From Eukaryota sp. TZLM1-RC (lineage: Eukaryota; Protista; Metamonada: BaSk clade): a stretch of 64,000 bases of DNA. A model generated the notes under the pieces. It saw only the letters and a list, made by a program, of their open reading frames with translations. It had not been told where the DNA came from and ran no database searches. The position numbers were made by a program, and so were the translations under genes. The stretch is from contig JAUPSS010000002.1 of NCBI GenBank assembly GCA_040285825.1, forward strand, positions 3,224,001-3,288,000. The letters run 5' to 3'. Shown in pieces: positions 58,664 through 64,000 of this stretch (its first letter is position 1; every line of letters begins with the position of its first letter).

Positions 58664-60145
58664 ATGTCTACGGATGCATCTACTGGTTCACACGAATCAT
58701 CCTCTCGATTTTGTGAACCACAACAGTCCTTAGACAATGCACTTGGCAACTTTCGTCTTTCCTCTGTTCAGCTTACTGTCAGAAGCACTAAACCTAGAGG
58801 CCGTGTCCTTGCAGGTCAGTATGGTCTTGGTGAAACCATTGGGGAAGGCCAACTGGGCAAGGTCAGATTAGGTTGGCGCCTTCATCCACGTGATCAAAAA
58901 TCCCCTTCCTCCTATGAACGACGTGTTCCTGTCCGTACTCATCTTCCTCCTGAGCCCAATACCGGTGTTGCTATCAAAATCTTCAACATATCCAAACTTA
59001 AGAAGATACGCGCTGTTGATGCTGTGTGTTCTGAAATAGACGCTCTCTCTTCTCTCTCACACTCCAATGTCATCAAGCTATACGAAGTAATTGAAAACTC
59101 TGCCAAAAACAGGGTTTACCTAGTTCTTGAACTTCTTGAAGGATCGACACTTGGTCAATTGATATCCTCAAACCCAAATGGTCTTCCTGAGACTGATTGT
59201 ATTAGTCTCTTTCGTTCTGTACTCAACGCCACGTCACATTGCCATCAGCAAGGAATTGCTCACAGAGATATAAAACCAGATAACTTGATGTTTACTGCAG
59301 ATAAGTACCTGAGATTGGTGGATTTTTCCGCAGCTGCTTTGGCTAATACTCAGTCGAGATTTTCACAACAAATAAATTTAGTTAAATCAGTCAAACTCAC
59401 TGATGAAGGTAATCGTTATGGTTCACCTGCGTTTCTGCCCCCCGAACTTCTCGACCCACATGCCACGTCATCACCCAGTCAAGATTCTGTTTCTAGTTTT
59501 CAAGCAGGAATACAAGCAGATTCGTGGGCGATTGGGGTTTCTTTCCATATTGCCCTTTGTGGAAGGTTTCCATTTCCATCAAGTGATTTGTCTTTGATTA
59601 ATGTCCAGGACGATATTCGTCATGGTAGAATCACAATTGATCCCTCAATATCAAAATCAATGAATGATTTGATTGGTAAATTATTGGATGTCAACGTGAC
59701 TTCAAGATTAACCCCAACTCAAGCGCTTTGTCATTATTGTTTTGGTACAAAATTAAATATTCTGAAATTCAAACCTTTTTTTCTTTCAAATTCACTTAAA
59801 TCTTGTTTTTCTTTTTTAAGATTTATGAGAAAAGATCAAGACAATCATGACCATGATCATTATCAGAGTCCACATTGTAATTCAAATGAACGGGCTTCTT
59901 TTGAGGACGAGTCTTCTATACAAACGTTCTCTCCAGAATGGAGTGGTTCTCGACCGTCATCGCGTGCTTCATCACGTTCCAGATCACGTGGGAGGCATTT
60001 TGATAACGGATTTGATTGGTTATTTGATAGTGTCAAGGAAGATACACCGAATTTGGAAGATTTGGCTAATTTAACTGACGGTCATCATCCTCCTCCGCCT
60101 TTGGTTTACGAAGAAACAGATGATGATGATTGTAGCGTGATGTGA
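58664..60145 (+). CDS. Ser/Thr protein kinase, LKB1/STK11-like, with C-terminal CaaX
   Basis: GEGQLGKV, VAIK, HRDIKPDN, DFS, GSPAFLPPE; ends in CSVM. Confidence 0.85.
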   Translation: MSTDASTGSHESSSRFCEPQQSLDNALGNFRLSSVQLTVRSTKPRGRVLAGQYGLGETIGEGQLGKVRLGWRLHPRDQKSPSSYERRVPVRTHLPPEPNTGVAIKIFNISKLKKIRAVDAVCSEIDALSSLSHSNVIKLYEVIENSAKNRVYLVLELLEGSTLGQLISSNPNGLPETDCISLFRSVLNATSHCHQQGIAHRDIKPDNLMFTADKYLRLVDFSAAALANTQSRFSQQINLVKSVKLTDEGNRYGSPAFLPPELLDPHATSSPSQDSVSSFQAGIQADSWAIGVSFHIALCGRFPFPSSDLSLINVQDDIRHGRITIDPSISKSMNDLIGKLLDVNVTSRLTPTQALCHYCFGTKLNILKFKPFFLSNSLKSCFSFLRFMRKDQDNHDHDHYQSPHCNSNERASFEDESSIQTFSPEWSGSRPSSRASSRSRSRGRHFDNGFDWLFDSVKEDTPNLEDLANLTDGHHPPPPLVYEETDDDDCSVM

Positions 60146-60569
60146 TTGGTGGTTTGTGTTTTTTGTACGTTTATTTTTGTATTTATTTAGTTTTAATTTA
60201 ATTTATTTGTTTTATTAAATTTTATCAATTTTTATTAGCAATTTCATTTCAAAACTTTATATTTAATCAAGTACTCCAAGAAATCAGGTTGTCCGCAACT
60301 TTGAATTTTTTTGACAGATTGGTTACACCGCGAATCAGCTTATACAAATGTGTGAAACTCAATTTTAAATTCATCAAAAAGTTCTTTCAGTGGTGTATCA
60401 TAGAGCTTCATGGAGTACCTCACTAGTGATATGATGTAGACGAGTATTTAAATAATTTTAATTCATAAAACCAATCAATTTAAAATTTATGAAGATAACA
60501 ATTTTTATAATTATTGATTTATTAAATTAAATTTATTTATTTTTTTATTTAATATTTTTTATTAAAAAC

Positions 60570-60712
60570 CTATAAATCAACATCTAAATAATCCATCTCT
60601 CCCAAAAGAAAAACACTAGATGCAACTCTCTCATAGTGAGATCCAAGAGAAAGCAAAGCATCAGAAACCATCTTCAGCATCCCCTTAAAAATAGAAAACA
60701 CAATTCTATTTT
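60570..60712 (-). mobile_element. About 140-bp 3'-end copy of the 57030-58290 retrotransposon
   Basis: Reverse complement matches about 58120-58265. Confidence 0.8.
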
Positions 60713-61339
60713 AATTTTTTTATTTTATTTTATATTAAATTTTAATACCTTCCACTTTGAATCCAATTTGTGCAATGTCACCTGATGAGGTTGTCGTTAT
60801 TGGTTATACCAACAAAATCATTTTCAATAAGGAAATGACTGCTAATGTATTTACCTAAACTACTGCTGAGATAAGTGGTATTTAAGAAATCAGTTATCAT
60901 TGTCAGATTAAATTGTTATTGAGTTTTCATTTGGAGATATTCTCAATTTGTTTATGAAACAAATTCATTGAAACTTATAAAAATAATAATAATGAGATTC
61001 CAGGAAGGCTGATTGTTGAAACTCTCCAAGTCTAGGTCGTGGACCGAGAATGATAATTGAAAGATTACCAGATCATGTTGGGTTTTTCATCATTTCCAAT
61101 GGGCTGTATGTGGAACAAAGCAGAGCCACAATGACGAGAGCACAGGGAGACGAAACTTTGCCAACTGAACTTCATGAAACAAGAATCAAACAAATGGATT
61201 AAAATAGATTTGATTTAATTAATAACGGCTAGATAATTCATGGAATTTGTTCTTCACCAGTTATAACCCAAGTTTCTTTCCATTCTAAGGCTTCCTGCTC
61301 TTCATTATTGATTTATTTATTGAAATTTATACAATAACA

Positions 61340-62050
61340 ATATTTTATTCAACAACGAATATGAAAACATAAAATACACAATTAAAACTCCATATCCTCA
61401 AAACCTGCTTCCCCTACATCAAAAAAAATTGCGAAAGATTCAGAAAATTTCCCAAAAGAAGACAGTGAATCAGAAATCAGTTTTACCATTCCCTTAAAAA
61501 TAGAAAATACAATCCTGTTTTACCAGTAAACACGATTGGAAATTCTTCCAGTTCCTTCCTTTACAACTACAACAAATTCCTCAAGGAAAGCCATAGCAGC
61601 CTTACCCAAAGATCCAAGCAAAGAAAATCAAAGGGACATAAATTATATTGGGCATGGGAATTTTCATTAATCGAGGAAATGGGTTTCGCATATTTAGCAA
61701 TTTTATATTTTTCGCCTGCAAGAAGAGGATTATTTACATCCGAGTTAATTAGATGCTCGTTAGAGGAATTACAAGGGTCAATAGACATGGCGTCTAAAAT
61801 ATTAAAACTACCATTTAAACCGAGAACAACTAGATCACCTCTTGTCAGACCCATAGAAGCCCTGTTTTAACGCGTACTATCAATATTGGGATCATCAAGA
61901 ATTAATTTTGATATCAGCGGTTCTAAAAAGGAATCTACTCTATATGATTTGCACATTACATGAATTTGGTCCCTGACGTTATTATGCACTTTGCTTCTAA
62001 ACGTAATGAAATGTTTGCAGTTCAAAAGATGAGTAAACAAAAGAGGTTGA
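61340..62050 (-). mobile_element. 5'-truncated RLE copy closely related to 4555-5220
   Basis: MGLTRGDLVV...AGEKYKIAKY is nearly identical to ORF 4493..5053. Confidence 0.88.
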
Positions 62051-62279
62051 AATATTGAAATTTATTGGATTCGTTTTAAATTTTGCCATAACTCAAAGCC
62101 TCGCTTGTTTATTAATTGATTCGAAATACTGTTGGCAGTTAAACAATAGCAGAAAGTTACGTGACAGTCAGGAGATATATGAGTAATAAAATTTCTTTGA
62201 ATACTCAAATTACCATCAATTAATGGCATAGAAGAAATCTCAAGATTTCGATATCTCTTTATAAACATTATCTTCAACA

Positions 62280-63606
62280 ATGACCTCTATAACTGACGTC
62301 GATGTCACTATTGTACAACTTCCTTACGCTCGGGAGATCTCTGCTCTTGAATCAGAAATCGCAGAGCTTACAAAACAGATTCGTGCCAAAACTGGCATTC
62401 GTGAAACAGATACTGGTTTGTCGGCCCCCTCTAACTGGGATTTAGCTCATGACAAACAAATGCTACAACAGGAACAACCTCTTGCAGTTGCTCGGGTAAT
62501 TAAAGAGCTTCCTCCTGATAATCCAGAAGAGATGGAAATACCAGCTCTAGCAAAACCCACAGAAAAGAAGTACGTCATATCGATGAGGCAAATCGCCAAA
62601 TTCGTTGTCGGACTCGGCAAGAACGTTGCTTCTGTAGATATTAAAGAAGGAGAGCGTGTTGGTGTTGATCGGCAGAAACACTCCATACAGGTTTGGTCTA
62701 CTTTGCCTGCTCATTTAAGTTACCCCTTCCTCCACGTATCGATCCTACTGTTGCTGCTATGACAGTTGAAGACAAGCCTGACGTCACATATGATGATGTG
62801 GGTGGTGTTAATGAACAAGTCAAGCAACTACGCGAAGTCATTGAGCTACCACTCCTACATCCAGAAAGATTCGTTAGCCTTGGAATAGACCCTCCCAAAG
62901 GTGTGCTGCTCTATGGTCCTCCTGGTTTGTTCTCTCTTTCTCCTCTTTGTTTATCATAGGGACAGGTAAAACCCTCATTGCGAGAGCCGTTGCCAACAGA
63001 ACTGAAGCTTGTTTCATCAGAGTCATTGGTTCTGAACTTGTTCAACGCTACGTTGGTGAAGGTGCCAGAATGGTCAGAGAACTCTTTAAGCTTGCTCGTA
63101 CCAAGAAATCTTGCATTATTTTCTTTGACGAAGTTGATGCTTTTGGTGGAACAAGATTCGAAGCAGGAGAGTTTGGTGATAATGAAGTACAACGAACTAT
63201 GCTTGAATTGGTTAACCAACTCGACGGTTTTGAGGCTCGGGGTAATATCAAAGTCATTATGGCAACCAATCGCCCGGATACCCTTGACCCTGCTCTAACA
63301 AGACCAGGTAGACTGGACAGAAAGGTAGAATTTAGTCTTCCAGATTTAGGAGGTCGTGCACATATTTTCAAAATTCACACGAGAGCAATGTCTGTAGATA
63401 AAGGTATAAGGTTTGAGCTGCTGGCAAGGTTATGCCCAAACTCAACTGGTGCAGAAATTAGAGCTGTTTGTACAGAATCGGGTATGTTTGCTATTAGAGA
63501 CGGGAGGAAATCAGTTACAGAAGCTGACTTTTTGAAGGCCATTAACAAGGTTATTAAGGGTCAAGCACAATTTAGTGCTACAGCCAAGTATATGCAGTAT
63601 AATTAG
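62280..63606 (+). CDS. RPT1: 26S proteasome AAA-ATPase Rpt1 (PSMC2); introns at 62691-62719 and 62925-62959
   Basis: [29 protein letters not shown]^TGKT restored by splicing, [28 protein letters not shown]. Confidence 0.96.
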
Positions 63607-64000
63607 TGTTTATAAATAGGGCTTGTCTTTGGTTGGTAATAAATACATCATTCTTCTTACTTTGAAATCAGAAACTACTCTGTTGAATGGAACATGTCCA
63701 ATATCAAATGTACAATGTTGATGTGTTGAAATTAATTGTTTAAACCACGGTTAGGTTAACCCTACTATCAAACAAACAAATTTTTGGTGAAAAATCAGTG
63801 GGTTTGTGCTAAATGTTGAAGTTTTTCATGTCAAAAAGCCAGTATTGAGTTTTGGCAACTGACAAGTGTTGTGTTGAGTCAACACATTTGTATTCCATTG
63901 TTTAATGAATTCTTGATTGAATTTCAACTGTTATCAAGACAATGGTAGAGCCAGAAGTTGAAGTCGAATACATTTGCTAAATTAGTTTGGATAACCTGAC

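Overview
AT-rich nuclear DNA from a unicellular eukaryote, using the standard code with very short 28-35 nt GT-AG introns; the organism cannot be named from sequence alone. Host genes: a homeodomain protein, two paralogous type II membrane proteins, a duplicated DUF996-like gene, GCP2, a membrin/Bos1 SNARE, MetRS, an LKB1-like kinase and proteasome Rpt1. They sit among heavily nested mobile DNA: many fragments of CRE-like RLE non-LTR retrotransposons, an intact Mutator-like element with TIRs, a young 7.4-kb Ty3/gypsy element, a fused chimeric gypsy relic and a gag-only mini LTR element. Most notable: (1) a decayed Fanzor1 (TnpB-family RNA-guided nuclease) gene at about 9925-7819, whose hairpin-rich putative omega-RNA/right end (about 6845-6933) was displaced by a retrotransposon insertion with a 9-bp TSD, and which has a co-oriented Ulp1 protease relic upstream; (2) a gypsy family with no tRNA primer-binding site, a conserved 12-bp palindrome at the LTR junction, and an unrecognised conserved domain in a ~700-aa pre-Gag extension; (3) a gene whose ATG appears to form only by splicing (A^TG). 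All family assignments come from motif recognition by eye; no searches were run.
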